From: Naegleria gruberi
Lineage: Eukaryota
Direction: 5' to 3' (one strand)
Length of the DNA: 64,000 nt
Assembly: GCA_000004985.1 (NCBI GenBank)
Contig: GG738871.1
Part shown: one piece after another, positions 1 to 10,701 of the stretch
Position numbering within the stretch: the first letter of the stretch is position 1
Layout of the letters: every line of letters begins with the position of its first letter
Notes under the pieces: model-generated
What the model was told of the DNA's origin: nothing
The model's input: the letters and a program-made list of their open reading frames with translations, nothing else
Databases searched by the model: none
Translations under genes and position numbers: made by a program

Positions 1-402
1 CCCAAACCCAAACCCAAACCCAAACCCAAACCCAAACCCAAACCAAAACCAAAACCCAAACCCAAACCCAAACCCAAACCCAAACCCAAACCCAAACCCA
101 AACCCAAACCCAAACCCAAACCCAAACCCAAACCCAAACCCAAACCCAAACCCAAACCCAAACCCAAACCCAAACCCAAACCCAAACCCAAACCCAAACC
201 CAAACCCAAACCCAAACCCAAACCCAAACCCAAACCCAAACCCAAACCCAAACCCAAACCCAAACCCAAACCCAAACCCAAACCCAAACCCAAACCCAAA
301 CCCAAACCCAAACCCAAACCCAAACCCAAACCCAAACCCAAACCCAAACCCAAACCCAAACCCAAACCCAAACCCAAACCCAAACCCAAACCCAAACCCA
401 AA
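1..402. repeat. Terminal telomeric repeat (CCCAAA)n, about 67 units. G-strand TTTGGG points outward, so this is a left chromosome end. One variant unit (ccaaaa x2) at 43-54
   Basis: Perfect hexamer periodicity read directly. The C-rich strand is 5'->3' on the + strand at the window start. The tract ends abruptly at 402 into unique AT-rich DNA. Confidence 0.9.
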
Positions 403-1073
403 TTATATATTTTCATTTCAAGAAATACATCCGGTAGATAGTACATGGGGATATTTCAAGAGAATGGATGGAAATCTGAAAGGTATATAAACAACTCCAT
501 TTTCACTGAAATTGATATCATGGTATGTAGCCACTCTAATTAGCATATGGTATCAATTTCATGAATATTGGTTCAGTAGATATTGAGTTGTCAACTCTAT
601 CACAATACTATAGACTTTTGAAATAAAATCACAGATTATGCTCCAACTCACTCATTATACGAACAGTCATTCTAAAATCGATACCACATAGATTACACAT
701 CAGTTAAATACACTGTTAATAGTTTGGAAACAATTCGTAGTACGTACAATTAGTGAGTCAGATAATGTTCAATGTCAATAGTGCTTATATCCAAGTGTAC
801 ACTCTATCTCAATGAAAATACATCCAATCATCATGAAACTATACCATATACATTAAATCACATTTATATACATCTGGTATCAATTACATAGTGTTAGTAT
901 TGAATTCAATATGATAATAATAACAATCTGTCAAATTGTCACATTTCAACAAATAGAATATACTCCATCTCATTCATTTTACAAAATATCATACAAGCAT
1001 CAAATATGAATACACTCCTCTTGATGAGGAGAACAATCTGAGAAAGTTTCATATTCATGGCTCAATATCTTTC

Positions 1074-1123
1074 NNNNNNNNNNNNNNNNNNNNNNNNNNN
1101 NNNNNNNNNNNNNNNNNNNNNNN
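1074..1123. other. Assembly gap (50 N)
   Basis: Run of exactly 50 n. Confidence 0.99.
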
Positions 1124-1385
1124 CCCAACCCAAACCCAAACCCAAACCCAAACCCAAACCCAAACCCAAACCCAAACCCAAACCCAAACCCAAACCCAAA
1201 CCCAAACCCAAACCCAAACCCAAACCCAAACCCAAACCCAAACCCAAACCCAAACCCAAACCCAAACCCAAACCCAAACCCAAACCCAAACCCAAACCCA
1301 AACCCAAACCCAAACCCAAACCCAAACCCAAACCCAAACCCAAACCCAAACCCAAACCCAAACCCAAACCCAAACCCAAACCCAA
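1124..1385. repeat. Second (CCCAAA)n block, about 43 units, same orientation as the terminal tract. Either an interstitial/subtelomeric telomere repeat or a scaffold joining artefact
   Basis: Hexamer repeat read directly, immediately after a 50-N gap. First unit is cccaacc. Confidence 0.85.
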
Positions 1386-1678
1386 GGACTCAATTATCTC
1401 GGGAACGGCGAATTAAAAAAATTAGTATTTTCTATCATTTCTTCCAAAACTCATATAGATTGATATTTGAGTGAATCATAACCCGGAACGTTCTCGTCGC
1501 AGAGATAATAGATATACTATGAATTTTTGAGTTGACCATTTTTGATTATCTCAATAACTACGGGGAGTTTTTTCACGTGTATTACAGAATAGATATATTA
1601 ATGTATTTAATAATACATATATAAGAACTGGATAGCCAATATTAGCCGTTCGTTTTATGTGATTAGGTTTTCGCCATA

Positions 1679-1697
1679 CCCAAACCCAAACCCAACC
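1679..1697. repeat. Short degenerate telomere-like remnant (cccaaacccaaacccaacc)
   Basis: Seen directly, about 290 bp internal to the second block. Confidence 0.5.
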
Positions 1698-1899
1698 TAA
1701 AGGTCAGACCCAACTTTTTGACTTTTATTCATCTTAATTAATTATCTCAATAAATACTCATTATAAATCAATATATTATATATCAATATACTCCAAATTG
1801 AATATATAATCATATAATAACATAATATTACATCATTATAATGACTTTTATAAGTTAATTTCATATAATAGATTAGACAATTATAATATCAATGATAAC

Positions 1900-4800
1900 N
1901 NNNNNNNNNNNNNNNNNNNNNNNNNNNNNNNNNNNNNNNNNNNNNNNNNNNNNNNNNNNNNNNNNNNNNNNNNNNNNNNNNNNNNNNNNNNNNNNNNNNN
2001 NNNNNNNNNNNNNNNNNNNNNNNNNNNNNNNNNNNNNNNNNNNNNNNNNNNNNNNNNNNNNNNNNNNNNNNNNNNNNNNNNNNNNNNNNNNNNNNNNNNN
2101 NNNNNNNNNNNNNNNNNNNNNNNNNNNNNNNNNNNNNNNNNNNNNNNNNNNNNNNNNNNNNNNNNNNNNNNNNNNNNNNNNNNNNNNNNNNNNNNNNNNN
2201 NNNNNNNNNNNNNNNNNNNNNNNNNNNNNNNNNNNNNNNNNNNNNNNNNNNNNNNNNNNNNNNNNNNNNNNNNNNNNNNNNNNNNNNNNNNNNNNNNNNN
2301 NNNNNNNNNNNNNNNNNNNNNNNNNNNNNNNNNNNNNNNNNNNNNNNNNNNNNNNNNNNNNNNNNNNNNNNNNNNNNNNNNNNNNNNNNNNNNNNNNNNN
2401 NNNNNNNNNNNNNNNNNNNNNNNNNNNNNNNNNNNNNNNNNNNNNNNNNNNNNNNNNNNNNNNNNNNNNNNNNNNNNNNNNNNNNNNNNNNNNNNNNNNN
2501 NNNNNNNNNNNNNNNNNNNNNNNNNNNNNNNNNNNNNNNNNNNNNNNNNNNNNNNNNNNNNNNNNNNNNNNNNNNNNNNNNNNNNNNNNNNNNNNNNNNN
2601 NNNNNNNNNNNNNNNNNNNNNNNNNNNNNNNNNNNNNNNNNNNNNNNNNNNNNNNNNNNNNNNNNNNNNNNNNNNNNNNNNNNNNNNNNNNNNNNNNNNN
2701 NNNNNNNNNNNNNNNNNNNNNNNNNNNNNNNNNNNNNNNNNNNNNNNNNNNNNNNNNNNNNNNNNNNNNNNNNNNNNNNNNNNNNNNNNNNNNNNNNNNN
2801 NNNNNNNNNNNNNNNNNNNNNNNNNNNNNNNNNNNNNNNNNNNNNNNNNNNNNNNNNNNNNNNNNNNNNNNNNNNNNNNNNNNNNNNNNNNNNNNNNNNN
2901 NNNNNNNNNNNNNNNNNNNNNNNNNNNNNNNNNNNNNNNNNNNNNNNNNNNNNNNNNNNNNNNNNNNNNNNNNNNNNNNNNNNNNNNNNNNNNNNNNNNN
3001 NNNNNNNNNNNNNNNNNNNNNNNNNNNNNNNNNNNNNNNNNNNNNNNNNNNNNNNNNNNNNNNNNNNNNNNNNNNNNNNNNNNNNNNNNNNNNNNNNNNN
3101 NNNNNNNNNNNNNNNNNNNNNNNNNNNNNNNNNNNNNNNNNNNNNNNNNNNNNNNNNNNNNNNNNNNNNNNNNNNNNNNNNNNNNNNNNNNNNNNNNNNN
3201 NNNNNNNNNNNNNNNNNNNNNNNNNNNNNNNNNNNNNNNNNNNNNNNNNNNNNNNNNNNNNNNNNNNNNNNNNNNNNNNNNNNNNNNNNNNNNNNNNNNN
3301 NNNNNNNNNNNNNNNNNNNNNNNNNNNNNNNNNNNNNNNNNNNNNNNNNNNNNNNNNNNNNNNNNNNNNNNNNNNNNNNNNNNNNNNNNNNNNNNNNNNN
3401 NNNNNNNNNNNNNNNNNNNNNNNNNNNNNNNNNNNNNNNNNNNNNNNNNNNNNNNNNNNNNNNNNNNNNNNNNNNNNNNNNNNNNNNNNNNNNNNNNNNN
3501 NNNNNNNNNNNNNNNNNNNNNNNNNNNNNNNNNNNNNNNNNNNNNNNNNNNNNNNNNNNNNNNNNNNNNNNNNNNNNNNNNNNNNNNNNNNNNNNNNNNN
3601 NNNNNNNNNNNNNNNNNNNNNNNNNNNNNNNNNNNNNNNNNNNNNNNNNNNNNNNNNNNNNNNNNNNNNNNNNNNNNNNNNNNNNNNNNNNNNNNNNNNN
3701 NNNNNNNNNNNNNNNNNNNNNNNNNNNNNNNNNNNNNNNNNNNNNNNNNNNNNNNNNNNNNNNNNNNNNNNNNNNNNNNNNNNNNNNNNNNNNNNNNNNN
3801 NNNNNNNNNNNNNNNNNNNNNNNNNNNNNNNNNNNNNNNNNNNNNNNNNNNNNNNNNNNNNNNNNNNNNNNNNNNNNNNNNNNNNNNNNNNNNNNNNNNN
3901 NNNNNNNNNNNNNNNNNNNNNNNNNNNNNNNNNNNNNNNNNNNNNNNNNNNNNNNNNNNNNNNNNNNNNNNNNNNNNNNNNNNNNNNNNNNNNNNNNNNN
4001 NNNNNNNNNNNNNNNNNNNNNNNNNNNNNNNNNNNNNNNNNNNNNNNNNNNNNNNNNNNNNNNNNNNNNNNNNNNNNNNNNNNNNNNNNNNNNNNNNNNN
4101 NNNNNNNNNNNNNNNNNNNNNNNNNNNNNNNNNNNNNNNNNNNNNNNNNNNNNNNNNNNNNNNNNNNNNNNNNNNNNNNNNNNNNNNNNNNNNNNNNNNN
4201 NNNNNNNNNNNNNNNNNNNNNNNNNNNNNNNNNNNNNNNNNNNNNNNNNNNNNNNNNNNNNNNNNNNNNNNNNNNNNNNNNNNNNNNNNNNNNNNNNNNN
4301 NNNNNNNNNNNNNNNNNNNNNNNNNNNNNNNNNNNNNNNNNNNNNNNNNNNNNNNNNNNNNNNNNNNNNNNNNNNNNNNNNNNNNNNNNNNNNNNNNNNN
4401 NNNNNNNNNNNNNNNNNNNNNNNNNNNNNNNNNNNNNNNNNNNNNNNNNNNNNNNNNNNNNNNNNNNNNNNNNNNNNNNNNNNNNNNNNNNNNNNNNNNN
4501 NNNNNNNNNNNNNNNNNNNNNNNNNNNNNNNNNNNNNNNNNNNNNNNNNNNNNNNNNNNNNNNNNNNNNNNNNNNNNNNNNNNNNNNNNNNNNNNNNNNN
4601 NNNNNNNNNNNNNNNNNNNNNNNNNNNNNNNNNNNNNNNNNNNNNNNNNNNNNNNNNNNNNNNNNNNNNNNNNNNNNNNNNNNNNNNNNNNNNNNNNNNN
4701 NNNNNNNNNNNNNNNNNNNNNNNNNNNNNNNNNNNNNNNNNNNNNNNNNNNNNNNNNNNNNNNNNNNNNNNNNNNNNNNNNNNNNNNNNNNNNNNNNNNN

Positions 4801-7086
4801 NNNNNNNNNNNNNNNNNNNNNNNNNNNNNNNNNNNNNNNNNNNNNNNNNNNNNNNNNNNNNNNNNNNNNNNNNNNNNNNNNNNNNNNNNNNNNNNNNNNN
4901 NNNNNNNNNNNNNNNNNNNNNNNNNNNNNNNNNNNNNNNNNNNNNNNNNNNNNNNNNNNNNNNNNNNNNNNNNNNNNNNNNNNNNNNNNNNNNNNNNNNN
5001 NNNNNNNNNNNNNNNNNNNNNNNNNNNNNNNNNNNNNNNNNNNNNNNNNNNNNNNNNNNNNNNNNNNNNNNNNNNNNNNNNNNNNNNNNNNNNNNNNNNN
5101 NNNNNNNNNNNNNNNNNNNNNNNNNNNNNNNNNNNNNNNNNNNNNNNNNNNNNNNNNNNNNNNNNNNNNNNNNNNNNNNNNNNNNNNNNNNNNNNNNNNN
5201 NNNNNNNNNNNNNNNNNNNNNNNNNNNNNNNNNNNNNNNNNNNNNNNNNNNNNNNNNNNNNNNNNNNNNNNNNNNNNNNNNNNNNNNNNNNNNNNNNNNN
5301 NNNNNNNNNNNNNNNNNNNNNNNNNNNNNNNNNNNNNNNNNNNNNNNNNNNNNNNNNNNNNNNNNNNNNNNNNNNNNNNNNNNNNNNNNNNNNNNNNNNN
5401 NNNNNNNNNNNNNNNNNNNNNNNNNNNNNNNNNNNNNNNNNNNNNNNNNNNNNNNNNNNNNNNNNNNNNNNNNNNNNNNNNNNNNNNNNNNNNNNNNNNN
5501 NNNNNNNNNNNNNNNNNNNNNNNNNNNNNNNNNNNNNNNNNNNNNNNNNNNNNNNNNNNNNNNNNNNNNNNNNNNNNNNNNNNNNNNNNNNNNNNNNNNN
5601 NNNNNNNNNNNNNNNNNNNNNNNNNNNNNNNNNNNNNNNNNNNNNNNNNNNNNNNNNNNNNNNNNNNNNNNNNNNNNNNNNNNNNNNNNNNNNNNNNNNN
5701 NNNNNNNNNNNNNNNNNNNNNNNNNNNNNNNNNNNNNNNNNNNNNNNNNNNNNNNNNNNNNNNNNNNNNNNNNNNNNNNNNNNNNNNNNNNNNNNNNNNN
5801 NNNNNNNNNNNNNNNNNNNNNNNNNNNNNNNNNNNNNNNNNNNNNNNNNNNNNNNNNNNNNNNNNNNNNNNNNNNNNNNNNNNNNNNNNNNNNNNNNNNN
5901 NNNNNNNNNNNNNNNNNNNNNNNNNNNNNNNNNNNNNNNNNNNNNNNNNNNNNNNNNNNNNNNNNNNNNNNNNNNNNNNNNNNNNNNNNNNNNNNNNNNN
6001 NNNNNNNNNNNNNNNNNNNNNNNNNNNNNNNNNNNNNNNNNNNNNNNNNNNNNNNNNNNNNNNNNNNNNNNNNNNNNNNNNNNNNNNNNNNNNNNNNNNN
6101 NNNNNNNNNNNNNNNNNNNNNNNNNNNNNNNNNNNNNNNNNNNNNNNNNNNNNNNNNNNNNNNNNNNNNNNNNNNNNNNNNNNNNNNNNNNNNNNNNNNN
6201 NNNNNNNNNNNNNNNNNNNNNNNNNNNNNNNNNNNNNNNNNNNNNNNNNNNNNNNNNNNNNNNNNNNNNNNNNNNNNNNNNNNNNNNNNNNNNNNNNNNN
6301 NNNNNNNNNNNNNNNNNNNNNNNNNNNNNNNNNNNNNNNNNNNNNNNNNNNNNNNNNNNNNNNNNNNNNNNNNNNNNNNNNNNNNNNNNNNNNNNNNNNN
6401 NNNNNNNNNNNNNNNNNNNNNNNNNNNNNNNNNNNNNNNNNNNNNNNNNNNNNNNNNNNNNNNNNNNNNNNNNNNNNNNNNNNNNNNNNNNNNNNNNNNN
6501 NNNNNNNNNNNNNNNNNNNNNNNNNNNNNNNNNNNNNNNNNNNNNNNNNNNNNNNNNNNNNNNNNNNNNNNNNNNNNNNNNNNNNNNNNNNNNNNNNNNN
6601 NNNNNNNNNNNNNNNNNNNNNNNNNNNNNNNNNNNNNNNNNNNNNNNNNNNNNNNNNNNNNNNNNNNNNNNNNNNNNNNNNNNNNNNNNNNNNNNNNNNN
6701 NNNNNNNNNNNNNNNNNNNNNNNNNNNNNNNNNNNNNNNNNNNNNNNNNNNNNNNNNNNNNNNNNNNNNNNNNNNNNNNNNNNNNNNNNNNNNNNNNNNN
6801 NNNNNNNNNNNNNNNNNNNNNNNNNNNNNNNNNNNNNNNNNNNNNNNNNNNNNNNNNNNNNNNNNNNNNNNNNNNNNNNNNNNNNNNNNNNNNNNNNNNN
6901 NNNNNNNNNNNNNNNNNNNNNNNNNNNNNNNNNNNNNNNNNNNNNNNNNNNNNNNNNNNNNNNNNNNNNNNNNNNNNNNNNNNNNNNNNNNNNNNNNNNN
7001 NNNNNNNNNNNNNNNNNNNNNNNNNNNNNNNNNNNNNNNNNNNNNNNNNNNNNNNNNNNNNNNNNNNNNNNNNNNNNNNNNNNNNN
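1900..7086. other. Large assembly gap (5187 N) lying inside the NHL-repeat gene
   Basis: Continuous n run. The ORF-track entries 1889..7540(-) and 1892..7102(+) are translations of N and are not real. Confidence 0.99.
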
Positions 7087-9753
7087 CAGTTGGGGAAGCT
7101 AGCAAAGCAAGGTTTGCAACATTATCATCTCCACTAAATCCAAATTTACCTGTTCCAGAAATTGTCTTAATACCTCCCTTAATATTATCAATCATTCTAA
7201 TCCTATTAGTTTCAGATTCCGAAATGACCATCTTGTTGTCTGTAGTTAACAGAATTTTTGTGGGATTTACATTAGCATAAAAGACATTCGATCCATCTGC
7301 AATACCTCCTACAAGTGGTTCCGTTCGACCATTTGATAAAACTAAATTTCCTGCTGTATAAACAAAATATGGCACTTCTGAGCATAAACCAATCGGAGAT
7401 AGTATTTTTTCATGGAAGGATGAAATTACACCTCCATTAATTATACGAATTTTGTTATTAGCAGTATCAGCAATATAAATAGATTGGTCAATGACATATA
7501 CCATACTTGGTAGGAAGAGTTTTGCCTGTGTTGCAACCATACCATCACCATTATATCCTTATTCTCATCAATATTCATTAATGTATTAGAAACTTACCTG
7601 ATTCACCTGTTCCAGCAATGATTTCAACCTTGAAATCATAATAAACACACAATATTCTGTGATTATAAGTATCTAATATAAATTAATGTATCCTAACTAG
7701 TAGGAAAGAGAAACTTACCTGCTACAAAGAGATTATGATTTGAAACAAACAATCCAAATGGTGAATTCAATTGAGTTTCTTTAGGATTATTGGGAACAAG
7801 GCTAGATCCAGTAATTCCATTTCCTAACACTGTACTAATAGTTCCATTGAAAAAAGATCTGACTCTATGATTGAAAGAATCTGAAATGTATAAAATTTCA
7901 GAATCATAGAATACATATTTTGGTAAGTTGAGATGAGTTTCTAATGGATTCAATCCGTCTCCATTAAATCCATTAGTACCACTTCCAACAATTGTGGTTA
8001 TTGTTCCATTAGGAAATATCATTCTAATTCTGTGGTTTCCACTGTCAGCAATGTAAATATTACCAGAATTCTTATCAAAATGAACTGAATGAGGTTTGTT
8101 TAATTGAGCATTAATTGCCAAACCTCCATCACCAGAAAATCCCTGAAATCCAATACCAGCAATAACCTCTACCATTTCGTTTGAGGTATATTTGAGAATT
8201 CTATGATTATCAGTATCCGCAATATAAATCGTAGAAAATGAATCGAGACAGAATATTCCTGTTGGATTTTTCAAAATTATTGAGGACGGAGGACCTTTCT
8301 TTCTTAATCTATCACCAGTAATGGAACCAGCATATAAACAACCGTTTCCTTTAGATACATCTATTTTTTGAATCATTTTAGTTGATGAAACGTATAAATC
8401 AGAATTTCTGAGTTGTAATGCATTGGGAATGAATTTTGAACGGATAAAACTCTCATTAGTCTCTTCAGAAGAATTCCAACATGAAACATTTGAAAATTTG
8501 TCTATTAATGGAATGGTAGACACAGTTCCAGTTGTCAAATCCACTTTCTTTAAATTAAATCCAAAATTAGAATCAGCAATTAATAGTTCATTACTTGATT
8601 GATTGAACGCAATAGCAGCTATTGAATCAAACACTCTATTTTGCACATTAGTACCATCAATAATAGCTCCATTAATATTTAAAATTGGATAAACTTGTTT
8701 AAGGGACAAATCAGCTTTCATTATAGCTTGTGCATGAAAAATATGATTTGGTGAGAAAAAAGTTGGTGATACAATAGATGAATCGAACAACAAAATGGTC
8801 GAAATATTCCCAGTAGTTTGATTAATCACTTTCCAATATCCTAAATTTGAAAGATAAATTGAATCGTCAATAGGAGAAACTGCAAATCCATACACAAAAT
8901 TAAGTTTAGCATCCAAAGCAGGTCCATCATTGGTATTTCCATCAAATTTTCTCCCTTGAATGACAGTCATCCACCATGTTTGTAAATTAATCTTGAATAT
9001 TGAGAATAAATCACATCCATACAAGTATCCCTTGTGATATCTTATATTCGAAATATAAGTTGAAAACATTGTTTCGTTTGAAAAGCCATCTTTCTTGGTT
9101 AGTGTAAATCCATCTCGCAAACTCATAAACTTAATAATTCCGTTTAAATCAACTCTATATAGGTTTGATTCATCACAAATATACAAGTTTCCAATAGGAT
9201 CCCTAGAAATTGAACCAATTTTGGTAAAAATGGTATTCGAAAGTGCTGAACCTTCCTGAATGGTAGTGGAAGTTCCTAACTGCTTGGAAAGAAGAATTAA
9301 ATTTCCATTTTGAAATTTGTAGATCTGCTTGTTGGTAGCAATATAAATAGTGTCGTATGAAGTTTCGTCCACATGAAAACTAGTAATGGTGAGATAAACG
9401 GTAGTTGCACTATTGATATCACCAGTAGAAACCGAATTCTCGGTCATACAACCAGAATAACAACCAACCAATAATTTTCGATCACCAGAAGTTTGATTAA
9501 ATTTAAAAATACGAAAAGAAGATTCCTGAAAATAAATAATTTCTGGCTGATTTTCGGATTGGTATGCATTGGCAAAAGCTGTTGAAAATTTGCCTACACC
9601 ACTGATAGGTTCCCATCTATACGCAACCAGTTTCGAATAACCAAGCTGAACAAACAAGAATAAACTCAGCAAAATGAGCAGACGCATTTTTCTTTTGATT
9701 CCAATACACATATGATTGATGACTTTAGTGCACCATTTAAAGTTTCTGATCAT
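7087..9753 (-). CDS. Secreted NHL-repeat protein, 5' part of a gene whose 3' part is lost in the N gap. Exons (minus strand): 9753 (or Met at 9687)..7719, 7672..7598, 7557..<=7087. Introns are 46 nt (7718..7673) and 40 nt (7597..7558)
   Basis: 686-aa ORF with a signal-peptide-like MRLLILLSLFLFVQLGYS after an internal Met. Repeated NHL consensus, e.g. YIADTDNHRILKY, VIAGIGFQGFSGDGGLA, YIADSGNHRIRMI. Exon joins are chosen so the NHL repeat reads through: ...NLFVAG|DTYNHRIL... and ...IIAGTGESG|YNGDGMVATQAKL.... Donors are CAG|GTAAGT and acceptors ATTAG| and ATAAG|. Confidence 0.75.
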
Positions 9754-10563
9754 TACATTTGAAAATTAATCTAACAATAAATTTACATTGATTGTAATGT
9801 TGTGGAGGCTTGAAAAATGAAAAGGTTTGTAGATGGAGAAAATTCACATCATCAACACATGAACTACACAGTTGTCGGTGGTAAATATAATGGTAGAGAA
9901 TAATATAATAAACATATTATGAATTGTTGTTTTATTATATTGTTTGAAACTTACGGTGCATAGCGTGAAATATCGGAACTTGGTAAATTGACAACATGAC
10001 GAAAATCTGATAATAAATATGATGTTTATTATCTATTTAAATAGTAGTACTAAAAGACATGATTCAAGTTGGTGAAGTACATGCTTAGTTATGATCCATG
10101 TTATTTTTGTTTTTCAAAATTCACATGTACCTATCCCTATCATAACTTGACCAAAATTGATTAGAGAAAGTTCTCCTACCTACTATTGACCATTCCGAAC
10201 AATACTACATTGACAGTTTTCCAACTTGTCCAGTAGATCCGGCAGTAATGATGAATTTAGTGAAAACATTTCATCAAAATTACATTACTAAAAATTAATT
10301 TCCACAAATACTATTATTATATTGATGGAAAACAATAATGACGATGGTTGGTGAATGATCCGATGATGGAACACCAAATTGTGAATTTCCATCATGAAAA
10401 ATAAATTCCAATTTCATGATGATAATTCACCAATAAAAATTACTATTATTACTATTATATAGATCATGTTGAGATGATGATGTGAAAGTTTGGTGGTTTC
10501 ATGATGTAAACCACTCCGAAATCATCATATCCTCCTGAGTAGAAGAATGTTTTTTTTATGAAA

Positions 10564-10613
10564 NNNNNNNNNNNNNNNNNNNNNNNNNNNNNNNNNNNNN
10601 NNNNNNNNNNNNN
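10564..10613. other. Assembly gap (50 N)
   Basis: Run of 50 n in the intergenic region. Confidence 0.99.
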
Positions 10614-10701
10614 CAATCACTTCCGAATATTTCCTGGTACTCTAATATTTCATCAAATAATTTGCAAAACTTAATGTTATTGAGAATTTTTTGCTCCCTC
10701 A

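Noticed and set aside
1055-1416. Track ORFs 1055..1393(-), 1057..1416(+) and 1062..1385(-), which encode poly-(WV), poly-(PK) and poly-(GL)
   Set aside because: They are translations of the (CCCAAA)n repeat and an N run, not genes.
1889-7540. The 1883-aa and 1736-aa ORFs composed almost entirely of X
   Set aside because: They read through a 5187-N assembly gap. Only the 7087-7540 minus-strand part is real coding sequence (an exon of the NHL gene).
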